64,000 bases of DNA from Hyphomicrobiales bacterium (GCA_046091665.1 JBJTCD010000017.1:15115-79114), one strand, 5' to 3'. Positions 10,825-19,985 are shown, numbered from the stretch's first letter. Translations and numbers: made by a program. The notes: generated from the letters alone by a model not told the origin.

Positions 10825-11561
10825 AAACCGAGACGCCGATTACTCTCACCAATCTTACTTTGGGGTATGATCGGCATCCGGCTGTCCATCATATCACCGG
10901 CACATTTACGAACGGCAGTCTCACTGCCCTTGTGGGTCCCAATGGCGCGGGCAAATCGACATTAATCAAAGCGCTCGCCGGACTTCTCACGCCGATTGAT
11001 GGGCAATGCATGATCGATCCGTCATCGCGCCGCGCTTATCTGCCTCAGCTTACCGAGATTGATCGATCCTTTCCGATCAGCGTCTATGATTTTGTTGCGA
11101 TGGGGCTTTGGTCAAAAAGCGGCGCTTTTCACGCACTACCGGCTTTTGGCGCGCATCGTATAACCGATGCGCTCACTCTGGTTGGCCTTAATGGATTTGA
11201 TCATCACCTCATCGGCGCTCTTTCGGGTGGTCAATTTCAACGTGCCCTCTTTGCACGTCTGATGTTGCAAGACGCTTCGATCATTTTGATCGACGAACCT
11301 TTCTCGGCCATTGATAGCGCGACTGTTGATGATTTAATGCAACTTGTTATGCGCTGGCATCACGAAGGTCGTACCATTATCACAGTCTTGCATGATCTCG
11401 CGCTGGTGAGACATTACTTCCCAAGGACGCTTCTTTTGGCGCGTGATATGATTGGGTGGGATGATACGCATTCTGTTCTAACCGAAGATAATCTCAAAAT
11501 CGCGCGACAAAAAATCGAAGCGCCTGATCCCCATGCGCCACTCTGTGAGCATGACGCATGA
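10821..11561 (+). CDS. Metal (zinc/manganese) ABC transporter ATP-binding protein (ZnuC/TroC-like)
   Basis: It has a Walker A motif (GPNGAGKSTL), an ABC signature (LSGGQFQRALFARL) and a Walker B motif (IILIDEP). ATG 10821 is coupled to the upstream micro-ORF. Confidence 0.9.
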   Translation: MKTETPITLTNLTLGYDRHPAVHHITGTFTNGSLTALVGPNGAGKSTLIKALAGLLTPIDGQCMIDPSSRRAYLPQLTEIDRSFPISVYDFVAMGLWSKSGAFHALPAFGAHRITDALTLVGLNGFDHHLIGALSGGQFQRALFARLMLQDASIILIDEPFSAIDSATVDDLMQLVMRWHHEGRTIITVLHDLALVRHYFPRTLLLARDMIGWDDTHSVLTEDNLKIARQKIEAPDPHAPLCEHDA

Positions 11562-12442
11562 TCGATTTGTCTTTTCTCTATGACGCGCTGATGGCTCCTT
11601 TTGTTGAATTCGCCTTCATGCGACGCGCTTTGATTGGCGCCTTTGCCCTCTCTCTTGGCGCGGGACCCGTGGGTGTCTTCTTGATGCTGCGCCGGATGAG
11701 TCTGATCGGTGATGCGATGGCTCATGCCATCTTACCGGGCGCAGCCATTGGCTATCTTATTGCGGGGCTTTCTTTGGGTTTCATGACTGCAGGAGGTTTA
11801 GTTGCAGGTATGATCATTGCACTTGCTGCGGGTCTTGTAACGCGTTTCACTGTGCTGAAAGAAGATGCTGCCCTTGCATCTTTTTATCTCATCTCTCTCG
11901 CAGCGGGCGTTGTGCTTGTGTCACTCAAAGGGTCGAATGTTGATCTCTTGCATGTTCTCTTCGGATCCATTCTTGCACTTGATGATGCGACATTGATTCT
12001 ACTCGTCGCTGCGACCAGCATCAGCCTTCTAGCACTGGCCGTGATCTTCCGAGCCCTCGTGCTCGAGAGCGTTGATCCCGTTTTTGCGCGCCTCATGAAT
12101 AGTGGCAGCGCTTACACCAATATTCTTTTTCTTTCGCTTGTTGTGATTAATCTTGTTGCCGGCTTTCATGCCTTAGGCACATTGCTCTCGGTAGGTTTGA
12201 TGATGTTACCTGCTTTTGCTGCACGATTTTGGACGGATCGACTCGCGAGCCTCATGGGGATTTCAATCGGCTTTGGATGCCTCTCGAGTCTCATGGGGAT
12301 CATTGCGTCTTATCATCTTAACACGCCAACAGGGCCGACAATCATTATAGCAAGCGGCGGTCTTTATCTCTTCTCGATTCTTTTCGGCCAACGCAGTGGC
12401 CTGATCATAACCAAAATCCATCGCCCGCATCTGGCCCGATGA
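11558..12442 (+). CDS. Metal ABC transporter permease (ZnuB/TroB-like, ABC-3 family)
   Basis: This is a polytopic membrane protein. Its start overlaps the ATPase stop (ATGA). The ABC-3 family look is typical (FMRRALIGA..., GDAMAHAILPG). Confidence 0.9.
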   Translation: MIDLSFLYDALMAPFVEFAFMRRALIGAFALSLGAGPVGVFLMLRRMSLIGDAMAHAILPGAAIGYLIAGLSLGFMTAGGLVAGMIIALAAGLVTRFTVLKEDAALASFYLISLAAGVVLVSLKGSNVDLLHVLFGSILALDDATLILLVAATSISLLALAVIFRALVLESVDPVFARLMNSGSAYTNILFLSLVVINLVAGFHALGTLLSVGLMMLPAFAARFWTDRLASLMGISIGFGCLSSLMGIIASYHLNTPTGPTIIIASGGLYLFSILFGQRSGLIITKIHRPHLAR

Positions 12443-12451
12443 GCGGAGAAC

Positions 12452-13372
12452 GTGCTCATGCGCATGCTCGTAAAATATCTGAGCCTTGCCTTCATGATCG
12501 TGATGGGATCAACAACGACTCATGCAGCCGAAAAATTAAAAATCATCACGAGTTTCTCTATACTCGCGGACATCACCAAAGCGATTGGCGGCGATGCCAT
12601 TGATGTCACGTGTTTGGTTGAACCAGACGCGGATCTTCATCATTTCGAACCACGCCCGCACGACATCAAAAATTTATTAGAAGCCGATCTTGTCATTGTG
12701 AACGGTTTGGGTTTTGAGCCATGGCTTGATCGAGTGAAACCATCAATCAAAAGACCTCCACTATGGACGATCGCTTCCGAAGGTATAACGCCACTTCCCT
12801 TTGATCATCATGACCATGAAGATCATGGTGCAAGCGAAGGCGAGGCAGTTGACCCTCATGCATGGCAGAATGTCAGCCATGCGAGGCTCTATGCGAAAAA
12901 TATAGCGACCGCTTTGATCAACAAAGATCCGGATCACCGCGCGCTCTATCTCGAAAATCTCGCGCGCTATGACAGCGACCTTGAAAGGCTTGATCGCGAT
13001 ATCCGAAATGCCATTGCCAAGATCCCGCCGGAAAAACGCAAAATCGTCACCAGCCATGATGCATTCGGTTATTTTGAAAAAGCTTATGGTCTCAAAATGA
13101 TCGCACCACTGGGCGTCGGCCGCGAGTCGCAGCCCTCAGCCAAAGACATGGCTCGGATCATCCGGCAAATCCGCGATGAAGCCATACCGGCAATTTTTCT
13201 CGAAACCGCCATTGACCCCCGCTTGGCCGAGCAACTTGCCAGTGAAACAGGGGTAAAAATTGGCGGAACACTTTATGCGGACATGCTATCCCAAAAAAAT
13301 GGTCCGGCGGGGACTTACATCACGATGATGGAAACCAATATAAGAACCCTGACAGACGCCCTCACACGCTGA
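12452..13372 (+). CDS. Periplasmic metal-binding protein (ZnuA/TroA cluster A-I SBP) with a His/acidic loop
   Basis: It has a signal peptide, the ITSFSILADITKAIGGD motif and a His-rich loop (FDHHDHEDHGASEGEAVDPHAW), which is typical of zinc-specific members. The ATPase-permease-SBP gene order resembles troCBA of Agrobacterium. Confidence 0.9.
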   Translation: MLMRMLVKYLSLAFMIVMGSTTTHAAEKLKIITSFSILADITKAIGGDAIDVTCLVEPDADLHHFEPRPHDIKNLLEADLVIVNGLGFEPWLDRVKPSIKRPPLWTIASEGITPLPFDHHDHEDHGASEGEAVDPHAWQNVSHARLYAKNIATALINKDPDHRALYLENLARYDSDLERLDRDIRNAIAKIPPEKRKIVTSHDAFGYFEKAYGLKMIAPLGVGRESQPSAKDMARIIRQIRDEAIPAIFLETAIDPRLAEQLASETGVKIGGTLYADMLSQKNGPAGTYITMMETNIRTLTDALTR

Positions 13373-13405
13373 GAGCTCGACCCTTCTATCCTATTGGAGC
13401 CTCCT

Positions 13406-14365
13406 ATGTCCGAGAAAATCCCTGTTACCGTTCTCACCGGCTATCTCGGCGCCGGAAAGACCACTTTGCTCAATCGGATTTTGACAGAACCGCATGGCAA
13501 GAAATTCGCCGTAATCGTCAATGAATTTGGCGAGATCGGCATCGATAATGATCTTGTGGTCGGCGCCGATGAAGAAGTCTTCGAGATGAATAATGGGTGC
13601 ATTTGCTGCACGGTGCGCGGTGACCTCATCCGCATCATCGAAGGCTTGATGAAACGCAAAGGCAAATTCGATGCGATCATTGTCGAGACCACAGGCCTTG
13701 CCGATCCGGCGCCGGTCGCGCAAACATTCTTCGTCGATGAGGATGTTTCCTCAAAAGCGCGTCTTGATGCGGTTGTGACAGTCGTTGACGCGCGCTGGCT
13801 TAAAGAACAATTGCATGATGCACCGGAAGTGAAGAACCAGATCGCCTTTGCCGATGTCATCATCATCAACAAAACCGATCTCGTGACAGCCGAAGAGCTT
13901 GCAGAGGTCGAACGGCAAATTCGTTCAGTCAATGCCTACGCAACAATCCATAAGACTACGAAATCCGTCGTGCCGCTCGACGCGGTTCTCGGCAAAAATG
14001 CATTCGATCTTGATCGCATTCTCGATATCGCGCCGGAATTTCTGGAAGATGTCCATGTGCATCACGACACAAGCGTGAAATCGATTGCAATCAATATCCA
14101 AGGCGATATTGATCCCGATAAATTCATGCCATGGATTTCGAATTTCACACAAAAGGAAGGTCCGAATATCTTACGGTGCAAAGGTATCCTTTCCTTCAAA
14201 AACGAGCCCAAGCGTTTTGTGTTCCAAGGCGTTCATATGATTCTTGATGGCGATCTGCAGCGTGAATGGAAACCTGAAGAAACACGCCAATCAAAAATGG
14301 TGTTCATCGGTCATAAACTCAATCGTGCAGCCATCGAACAAGCCGTTGAGGCCTGCCGCGTATGA
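13406..14365 (+). CDS. COG0523 family G3E GTPase (CobW/YeiR/ZigA-like zinc metallochaperone)
   Basis: It has a Walker A motif (TGYLGAGKTTLLN), the CxCC metal motif (NGCICCTVRGD) and a CobW_C-type tail. ATG 13406 is preceded by GGAG. Confidence 0.9.
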   Translation: MSEKIPVTVLTGYLGAGKTTLLNRILTEPHGKKFAVIVNEFGEIGIDNDLVVGADEEVFEMNNGCICCTVRGDLIRIIEGLMKRKGKFDAIIVETTGLADPAPVAQTFFVDEDVSSKARLDAVVTVVDARWLKEQLHDAPEVKNQIAFADVIIINKTDLVTAEELAEVERQIRSVNAYATIHKTTKSVVPLDAVLGKNAFDLDRILDIAPEFLEDVHVHHDTSVKSIAINIQGDIDPDKFMPWISNFTQKEGPNILRCKGILSFKNEPKRFVFQGVHMILDGDLQREWKPEETRQSKMVFIGHKLNRAAIEQAVEACRV

Positions 14366-15351
14366 ATGATACGTCGCAATCTCTAACGACCCGCGTCGAG
14401 CCGCTCAAAGCCGACGCGCATATTGTTCTGGCGACCTTCTTAAATGATGAGCCCGCGCTGATTCTGGCTGATGGACAAATTGTTTTCGGCGCTGATCGGA
14501 TCACGCCTCATGGCGAAAGTGCTATTCTTGTTGCGGCCTGTGACGGCACGCGCCTGATCACCGGTGGCGATGATGGTAGGATTTTTTTGCTCAATGCAAA
14601 AGACAGTATCATTGAAGTTGGCAATGAAAAGGGCCGATGGATTGACGCTATAGCGCTCGGCCCCGCGCAAAGCATCGCTTGGTCAACGGGTAAAAAAGTT
14701 ATTGCCCGTGATGGCAAAGGCCAACTCAAAGAATGGACCGCGCCCTCAACGGCACAAGGTTTAGCATTCGCACGGAAAGGCTATCGTCTCGGAATCGCTC
14801 ATTATAATGGCGCGAGCTTTTGGTTTCCAAACACGGAAGGCAAACCCGAATTTCGTGAATGGAAAGGCTCTCATCTCGATATTACATTTTCTGATGATGG
14901 CCGCTTTGTTGTGACGTCGATGCAAGAGAATACATTGCATGGATGGCGTTTGGCTGATGGCAAAGATATGCGCATGTCCGGCTATCCTTCAAAGACGCGG
15001 AGCTTCTCTTGGTCGCATGATGGACATTGGCTTGCAACATCGGGCGCTGATGCCGCTGTCATCTGGCCTTTCAAAGATAAAGATGGACCCATGGGCAAAG
15101 CCCCGCGCGAATGCGGCGTGAGACATGCGAAAGTCTCAAGCGTGGCCTTTCATCCACGTGCGCTTGTTGTCGCGATCGGCTATGAAGATGGATGCATTCT
15201 TCTTTGTCGTCTCACCGACGCCGCTGAACTTCTTGTGCGCGCTTCGCAAAAAGATGATGGCAAAATCACGTCCATGTCTTGGGATAAAACTGGCGCACGG
15301 ATGATCTTCGGATCGGAAAATGGCGCAGCAGGTGTCTTGACTCTACCTTGA
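14362..15351 (+). CDS. WD40/beta-propeller repeat protein, translationally coupled to the COG0523 GTPase
   Basis: ATGA overlaps the upstream stop. It has repeated strand-turn modules ending in GxDG/W-like motifs (ITGGDDGRIFLL, TSMQENTLHGWRL, ATSGADAAVIWPF, GYEDGCILLCRL). No signal peptide is present. Confidence 0.8.
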   Translation: MNDTSQSLTTRVEPLKADAHIVLATFLNDEPALILADGQIVFGADRITPHGESAILVAACDGTRLITGGDDGRIFLLNAKDSIIEVGNEKGRWIDAIALGPAQSIAWSTGKKVIARDGKGQLKEWTAPSTAQGLAFARKGYRLGIAHYNGASFWFPNTEGKPEFREWKGSHLDITFSDDGRFVVTSMQENTLHGWRLADGKDMRMSGYPSKTRSFSWSHDGHWLATSGADAAVIWPFKDKDGPMGKAPRECGVRHAKVSSVAFHPRALVVAIGYEDGCILLCRLTDAAELLVRASQKDDGKITSMSWDKTGARMIFGSENGAAGVLTLP

Positions 15352-15354
15352 TCA

Positions 15355-15765
15355 TTACAAAGCAAGAGTAACGGCCGACGCTTTACAGGCACGCGCGAGT
15401 GCATCATCCAATGTCGCAAGCGGCACGCGCATACGCTGAGCGAGTTCGAGATAAGCCGCATCATAGACTGTGAGAGAATGAAGATCGGCGAGCGCTATTG
15501 TTACATTCCAAATTTCATCGACACCATCGAAATCAACAACAATCGGCAAGGATCTCAGTTTTTCAAAACAGCCGGCGCGATATTTTGTATCAATCCTCTT
15601 ACGCTTGATGGCCATTTGAAGTCCATTAGCGACTTCATATCTCCAAATCAGCGGCGCGATTGCGCCTTCTTTTGAAACACGATCAATTATCGCAAGAATC
15701 GATGCTGTCTGCTCATCTTCAAAGAGCCAAGCGAGTGTCAGCGAGGCATCAATCGCGATGGTCAT
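15355..15765 (-). CDS. vapC: PIN-domain toxin VapC
   Basis: The protein is 136 aa. The acidic PIN residues are in the expected context (IAIDASL..., FEDE, YDAAYLELA, LATLDDAL). It overlaps the upstream antitoxin by 4 nt (ATGA). Confidence 0.85.
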   Translation of the reverse strand: MTIAIDASLTLAWLFEDEQTASILAIIDRVSKEGAIAPLIWRYEVANGLQMAIKRKRIDTKYRAGCFEKLRSLPIVVDFDGVDEIWNVTIALADLHSLTVYDAAYLELAQRMRVPLATLDDALARACKASAVTLAL

Positions 15766-16013
15766 TTACGACCTTCTTCAATCAGTTCCTTGATCGAAAT
15801 GCCGTTAAGCGTAACCCCCTTCGCCATTTGTCGAAATTCTTCAACGAGTTTTTTGGCTTCTTCAGGCGTGCGTTTTTTACTCACTGATGATTCTGCCACG
15901 AGCCGCGCAACAGGCTTTCCATGCCGCGTAACGACGACTTCTTCGCCCTGTTCGACAAGGTCAAGCAGCGTCCCGAATTTGTTCTTGGCGTCAAAAGCGG
16001 AAAACTGGCGCAT
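15762..16013 (-). CDS. Phd/YefM-type antitoxin partnered with VapC
   Basis: MRQFSAFDAKNKFGTLLDLVEQGEEVVVTRHGKPVARLV is a typical Phd/YefM antitoxin N-terminus. The 83-aa protein is followed directly by the PIN toxin. Confidence 0.8.
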   Translation of the reverse strand: MRQFSAFDAKNKFGTLLDLVEQGEEVVVTRHGKPVARLVAESSVSKKRTPEEAKKLVEEFRQMAKGVTLNGISIKELIEEGRK

Positions 16014-16028
16014 CGCTCTCTCCTCAAA

Positions 16029-16052
16029 TTAAGCTAGCTTAAGCTAGCTTAA
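16029..16052. promoter_or_regulatory. Candidate antitoxin operator: two tandem copies of the 10-bp perfect palindrome aagctagctt
   Basis: ttaagctagcttaagctagcttaa lies 16-39 nt upstream of the antitoxin ATG (16013), between the RBS and the hss terminator. Confidence 0.4.
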
Positions 16053-16065
16053 ATTTAAATTTTAG

Positions 16066-16097
16066 ACAAGAAAAAGGGCGGGCCACAAGGCCCACCC
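16066..16097 (-). terminator. Rho-independent terminator after hss
   Basis: On the minus strand the sequence is gggtgggcc-ttgt-ggcccgccc followed by tttttctt. It lies 39 nt downstream of the hss stop. Confidence 0.7.
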
Positions 16098-16135
16098 TCG
16101 AGAGAGATGGCTCGAAAACCTAGGCTAAGGTCTTG

Positions 16136-17587
16136 TTATCGCACAAGAACATTCCGGAACTGCCAGGGATCACGCTCGTCAATATCTTCTGGAAAGAGAC
16201 CCGGACGAGCAACAAGCGGCGTCCAGTCTGTATAATGACCTTCGACCGGCCCGAGATAAGGCCTTTGCACTTCGAGGCAGCGACGGAAATCGAGATCATC
16301 CGCTTCAACAATTCCGGCATTCGGATTTTCAATGGCCCACACCATGCCCGCGAGCACGGCTGAGGTGACCTGAAGGCCTGTTGCATTTTGATAAGGCGCA
16401 AGTTTGCGCGTCTCTTCAATTGAAAGACGCGAACCATACCAATAGGCGTTTTTCTTATGCCCGTAGAGCAATACGCCTAATTCATCGACGCCATCAACAA
16501 TTTCATTCTCGTCAAGAATTTTCCATTCAGGCTGACGTTCACCGGCGCTGCCAAACATTTCATGCAGCGAAAGCACAGCGTCATCGCAAGGATGGTAAGC
16601 ATAATGACATGTTGGACGATAGATCGCTTTGCCGCCCGCATCACGCACGGTGAAATAATCAGCAATCGAAATAGATTCATTATGTGTGACGAGAAAACCG
16701 AATTGTCCTTGCGCCGTTGGCGTCCATGTTCTCACGCGTGTATTCGCACCCGGCTGCAAGAGATAAATCGCTGCGCCACAGCCACTCTCATGCGTGCGGC
16801 CATTTTCAGGCATCCACGCTTCATGCGTACCCCAGCCGAGTTCAGCCGGTTGCAACCCTTCTGAAACAAATCCTTCAACCGACCATGTATTGACAAACAT
16901 GCCACGTGGCTTTGGATTTTTTGCGCGTTGTGTATCACGCTCGGCAATATGAATGCCTTTCACACCTAAGCGATGCGCCAAAGACGCCCACTCATCACGT
17001 GTTTTCGGTTCATGCCCATCGAGAGCAAGATCGCTTTTGAGATTCAACAGCGCTTGTTTTACAAACCATGACACCATTCCGGGATTGGCACCGCAGCAGG
17101 AGATCGCCGTTGTTCCGCCGGGTGAACGGCGACGCAGATCGAGAATGGATTCGCGCAAGGCATAATTGGAGCGCGCAGCCGGACCTTTCGACTGATCGAA
17201 ATAAAAACCGATCCACGGTTCAACGACAGTGTCGATATAGAGAGCATTAATCGAACGGCAGAAATCCATGATGTCATGCGATGATGTATCAACCGAGAGA
17301 TTGACGCAGAAGCCTTGCCCCCCACCTACAGTCAAAAGCGGTTGCAGCAATGTTTTGTAATTCTCGCGTGTCACCGCCTGCTGAATGAATTTGATGCCGC
17401 GTTCATCAAGCAATTTGCGATCAGCATCGGAAGGATCAATGACCACAAGACGCGATTTATCGTGACCAATATGGCGTTCGATGAGCGGTAAGACGCCACG
17501 GCCGATGGAGCCGAAGCCGATGATCACAATTGGTCCGTCAACACGCGCGAGAATGGTCGATGCTGTCACGATTGGGGTTCCCTCCAA
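16136..17587 (-). CDS. hss: Homospermidine synthase
   Basis: The 483-aa protein has an N-terminal Rossmann motif (IVIIGFGSIGRG) and family-wide similarity as I recall it (saccharopine-dehydrogenase-like HSS of alphaproteobacteria). It sits in a polyamine context next to odc. Confidence 0.88.
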   Translation of the reverse strand: MEGTPIVTASTILARVDGPIVIIGFGSIGRGVLPLIERHIGHDKSRLVVIDPSDADRKLLDERGIKFIQQAVTRENYKTLLQPLLTVGGGQGFCVNLSVDTSSHDIMDFCRSINALYIDTVVEPWIGFYFDQSKGPAARSNYALRESILDLRRRSPGGTTAISCCGANPGMVSWFVKQALLNLKSDLALDGHEPKTRDEWASLAHRLGVKGIHIAERDTQRAKNPKPRGMFVNTWSVEGFVSEGLQPAELGWGTHEAWMPENGRTHESGCGAAIYLLQPGANTRVRTWTPTAQGQFGFLVTHNESISIADYFTVRDAGGKAIYRPTCHYAYHPCDDAVLSLHEMFGSAGERQPEWKILDENEIVDGVDELGVLLYGHKKNAYWYGSRLSIEETRKLAPYQNATGLQVTSAVLAGMVWAIENPNAGIVEADDLDFRRCLEVQRPYLGPVEGHYTDWTPLVARPGLFPEDIDERDPWQFRNVLVR

Positions 17588-17658
17588 CTCTACTTAAAAA
17601 AACACACGGATAAGCGTGCCAATGATCCGGTTTATGATTTGGCGTCAAGAGGCGGCGA

Positions 17659-18213
17659 TCAAGCCGCCCGCGCGATGGGGAAAAGGCGGGTTTTGGCTAC
17701 AGAACGCGCGCGAACCATGAGAGGTTCACCCGTGGGGACCACCATACCGCTTTGATTTGAAAGTGCGCCTGTTACGAATTCAAGGCCCAAGAAACGTTCA
17801 CGATCAACCGGCCCCGGAAGATCAATCCCTGACATGACGCTCTTTGAGAAACCAAAGCGGGCATAATAGTTTTCATCGCCGACAAGTATAATGGCTTTAT
17901 GCCCCTGAACGCTCGCGCGATTAAGCGCTGTGCGTGCAAGGCGTGAACCAACGCCACGAGATTGATGTGACGTTGCAACGGCGAGAGGCCCGAGCAGCAA
18001 AGCTGCTTCACCATTGATTGCGACATGCCAAAGCCGCACAGTGCCAACCACGCAGCCATGATCATCCGCAATCAAAGATAAACCGCGCGCGGGCATACGG
18101 TTTTCACGAAGTCGTTCGCATGTCTTTTCATGACGATCCATGCCGAAGGCATCATCAAGAAGCGCTTCGCGCGCAGAGACATCACGAGCCGTTTCAGAAC
18201 GAATTGAAATCAT
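17659..18213 (-). CDS. GNAT family N-acetyltransferase
   Basis: It has the acetyl-CoA binding motif region (LAVATSHQSRGVGSRLARTAL). The 184-aa protein lies between hss and odc. Confidence 0.8.
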   Translation of the reverse strand: MISIRSETARDVSAREALLDDAFGMDRHEKTCERLRENRMPARGLSLIADDHGCVVGTVRLWHVAINGEAALLLGPLAVATSHQSRGVGSRLARTALNRASVQGHKAIILVGDENYYARFGFSKSVMSGIDLPGPVDRERFLGLEFVTGALSNQSGMVVPTGEPLMVRARSVAKTRLFPIARAA

Positions 18214-18275
18214 CGCAAACTCCTTCCCCTTACTCTCATCAGAGAGAAGGGCGTTTCAATGGTCGATATGTGACT

Positions 18276-18307
18276 TAAAGAAACAGGAGACCGGCTTGCC
18301 GGGCTCC
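18276..18307 (-). terminator. Candidate terminator or attenuating hairpin after odc
   Basis: On the minus strand the hairpin is ggagcccgg-caag-ccggtctcc (1 mismatch), followed by tgtttcttt. It may be leaky, because the GNAT gene follows on the same strand. Confidence 0.35.
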
Positions 18308-18333
18308 GAGGATTTAAAAACGCATAAGCGCGA

Positions 18334-19464
18334 TCAAATTGTATAAGAGCGCAAAGGCGGAAAGCCGTTAAAGGCCACAGCTGAATAAGTAGTCGTGTAA
18401 GCGCCCGTGCCTTCAATCAAAACCTTGTCGCCAATCTCAAGCGAGACAGGGAGAAGATAAGGTGTCTTCTCATACAACACGTCGGCTGAATCGCATGTTG
18501 GGCCTGCAAGCACACAAGGTGTCATCTCAGCACCATCATGGCGTGTGCGGATCGGATACCGAATGGCTTCATCCATCGTCTCTGCAAGACCGCCAAATTT
18601 GCCGATGTCGAGATAAACCCAACGCACATCATCTTCTTCCGACTTCTTCGAAATCAGAACAACTTCTGCTTCGATCACACCGGCATTGCCGACCATGCCG
18701 CGACCGGGCTCGATGATTGTTTCAGGCATGTGATTGCCGAAATGTTTCACAAGACCGCGATAAATCGCGTCACCATAATTCTCAACACCGGGGACGGGTT
18801 TCAAATAACGCGTCGGGAAGCCACCGCCGAGATTGACCATCGAGAGATGAATGCCGCGCTCGGCGCATTCTTTGAAAATCGCCGACGAAGAAGCAAGCGC
18901 TTGATCCCACGCATCAACATTGCCTTGCTGCGAGCCGACATGGAATGACACGCCATAGGCTTCGAGGCCCAAGCGATGCGCATGTTCAAGCACATCGGTT
19001 GCCATTTCAGGAACACAACCGAATTTACGCGAGAGCGGCCATTCTGCACCTGCGCCATCACAAAGGATGCGGCAGAACACGCGCGACTCTGGTGCCACGC
19101 GCGCAATCTTTTCAACTTCTGCTTTGCAATCAACCGCGAAGAGACGCACGCCAAGCGTAAACGCGGTTTCGATATCGCGCTCTTTCTTGATCGTGTTACC
19201 GAAGGAAATACGATCCGCCGTGGCACCCGCCGCGAGCGCCATTTCAATTTCGGCGACAGACGCTGTGTCAAAGCAAGAACCGAGTGAAGCGAGTAAACGC
19301 AGGATCTGCGGATCGGGATTGGCCTTCACCGCATAAAACACGCGCGTGTCAGGAAGCGAGCGCGCAAAGGCATTGTAATTGTCGCGAACGACATCGAGAT
19401 CGACAACAACGCAAGGACCGTCCTCACGTCGGGTGCGCAAAAATTCACGAATACGTGCGGTCAT
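18334..19464 (-). CDS. odc: Ornithine/lysine decarboxylase (group IV PLP decarboxylase, eukaryotic-type ODC fold)
   Basis: It has the PLP Lys motif (FYAVKANPD) and the GGGFP motif (VNLGGGFPTRY). The C-terminal beta-barrel region carries CDSADVL. The protein is 376 aa. Confidence 0.9.
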   Translation of the reverse strand: MTARIREFLRTRREDGPCVVVDLDVVRDNYNAFARSLPDTRVFYAVKANPDPQILRLLASLGSCFDTASVAEIEMALAAGATADRISFGNTIKKERDIETAFTLGVRLFAVDCKAEVEKIARVAPESRVFCRILCDGAGAEWPLSRKFGCVPEMATDVLEHAHRLGLEAYGVSFHVGSQQGNVDAWDQALASSSAIFKECAERGIHLSMVNLGGGFPTRYLKPVPGVENYGDAIYRGLVKHFGNHMPETIIEPGRGMVGNAGVIEAEVVLISKKSEEDDVRWVYLDIGKFGGLAETMDEAIRYPIRTRHDGAEMTPCVLAGPTCDSADVLYEKTPYLLPVSLEIGDKVLIEGTGAYTTTYSAVAFNGFPPLRSYTI

Positions 19465-19900
19465 GGCACGAACTCCTCCACTGGGAAGCCATGAAAGGCT
19501 TCAGGTTGCAAAAGCCCCGGCTGTTGCATCGCCACCCCGACGCGTTGGAGACGCGAGGTTTCAATGGTCAAGCCGCTGTTGCTGCCGTGGATTGGAAGGA
19601 GTCTCCCTCCGCACGCCTGGCAAAGATGGACAAGCCTCTTCGGATTCCATGCCTTTGGAGGGCACAGAGAGACCAAAAAAGCCCGCTCCGTCGTTGCTTT
19701 AAGTCGCGTCCCTCGGGGAGAACGAGGTACGCCGGTTTCGCCTCCGGCTGCCGATTGATTATCGGATCCATCGAGAAGACTGATGGACCCGGGCGGCTGT
19801 CCGGCCTCTTGTCCGGATGCCCACCAACCGACACACGACCACAGGCACGTGCGAAATTGGGCAAGGGCGGAATTAGGGTTATCGCACCCCCAATGCAAGT
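19465..19900 (-). promoter_or_regulatory. Long GC-rich structured 5' leader of odc; candidate speF-type cis-regulatory RNA
   Basis: About 520 bp lie between odc and the next gene with no credible ORF. Only Arg/Pro/Gly-rich shadow ORFs occur, on both strands. In alphaproteobacteria the speF RNA motif is described upstream of ornithine decarboxylase genes. The extent given here is approximate. Confidence 0.45.
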
Positions 19901-19985
19901 GTTTTTTTCGTCACAAATCTGTCTAACTGCAAAAAAATCTGCGGACGGAGTTCACGAAAGGGAAAAGAAGGGAGGGGCGATGCCC

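Noticed and set aside
16029-16052. The tandem aagctagctt repeat was considered as a micro-CRISPR, a satellite or an IS terminal repeat.
   Set aside because: There are only two 10-bp units with no spacers, positioned exactly in a TA promoter. An operator is the simpler explanation.
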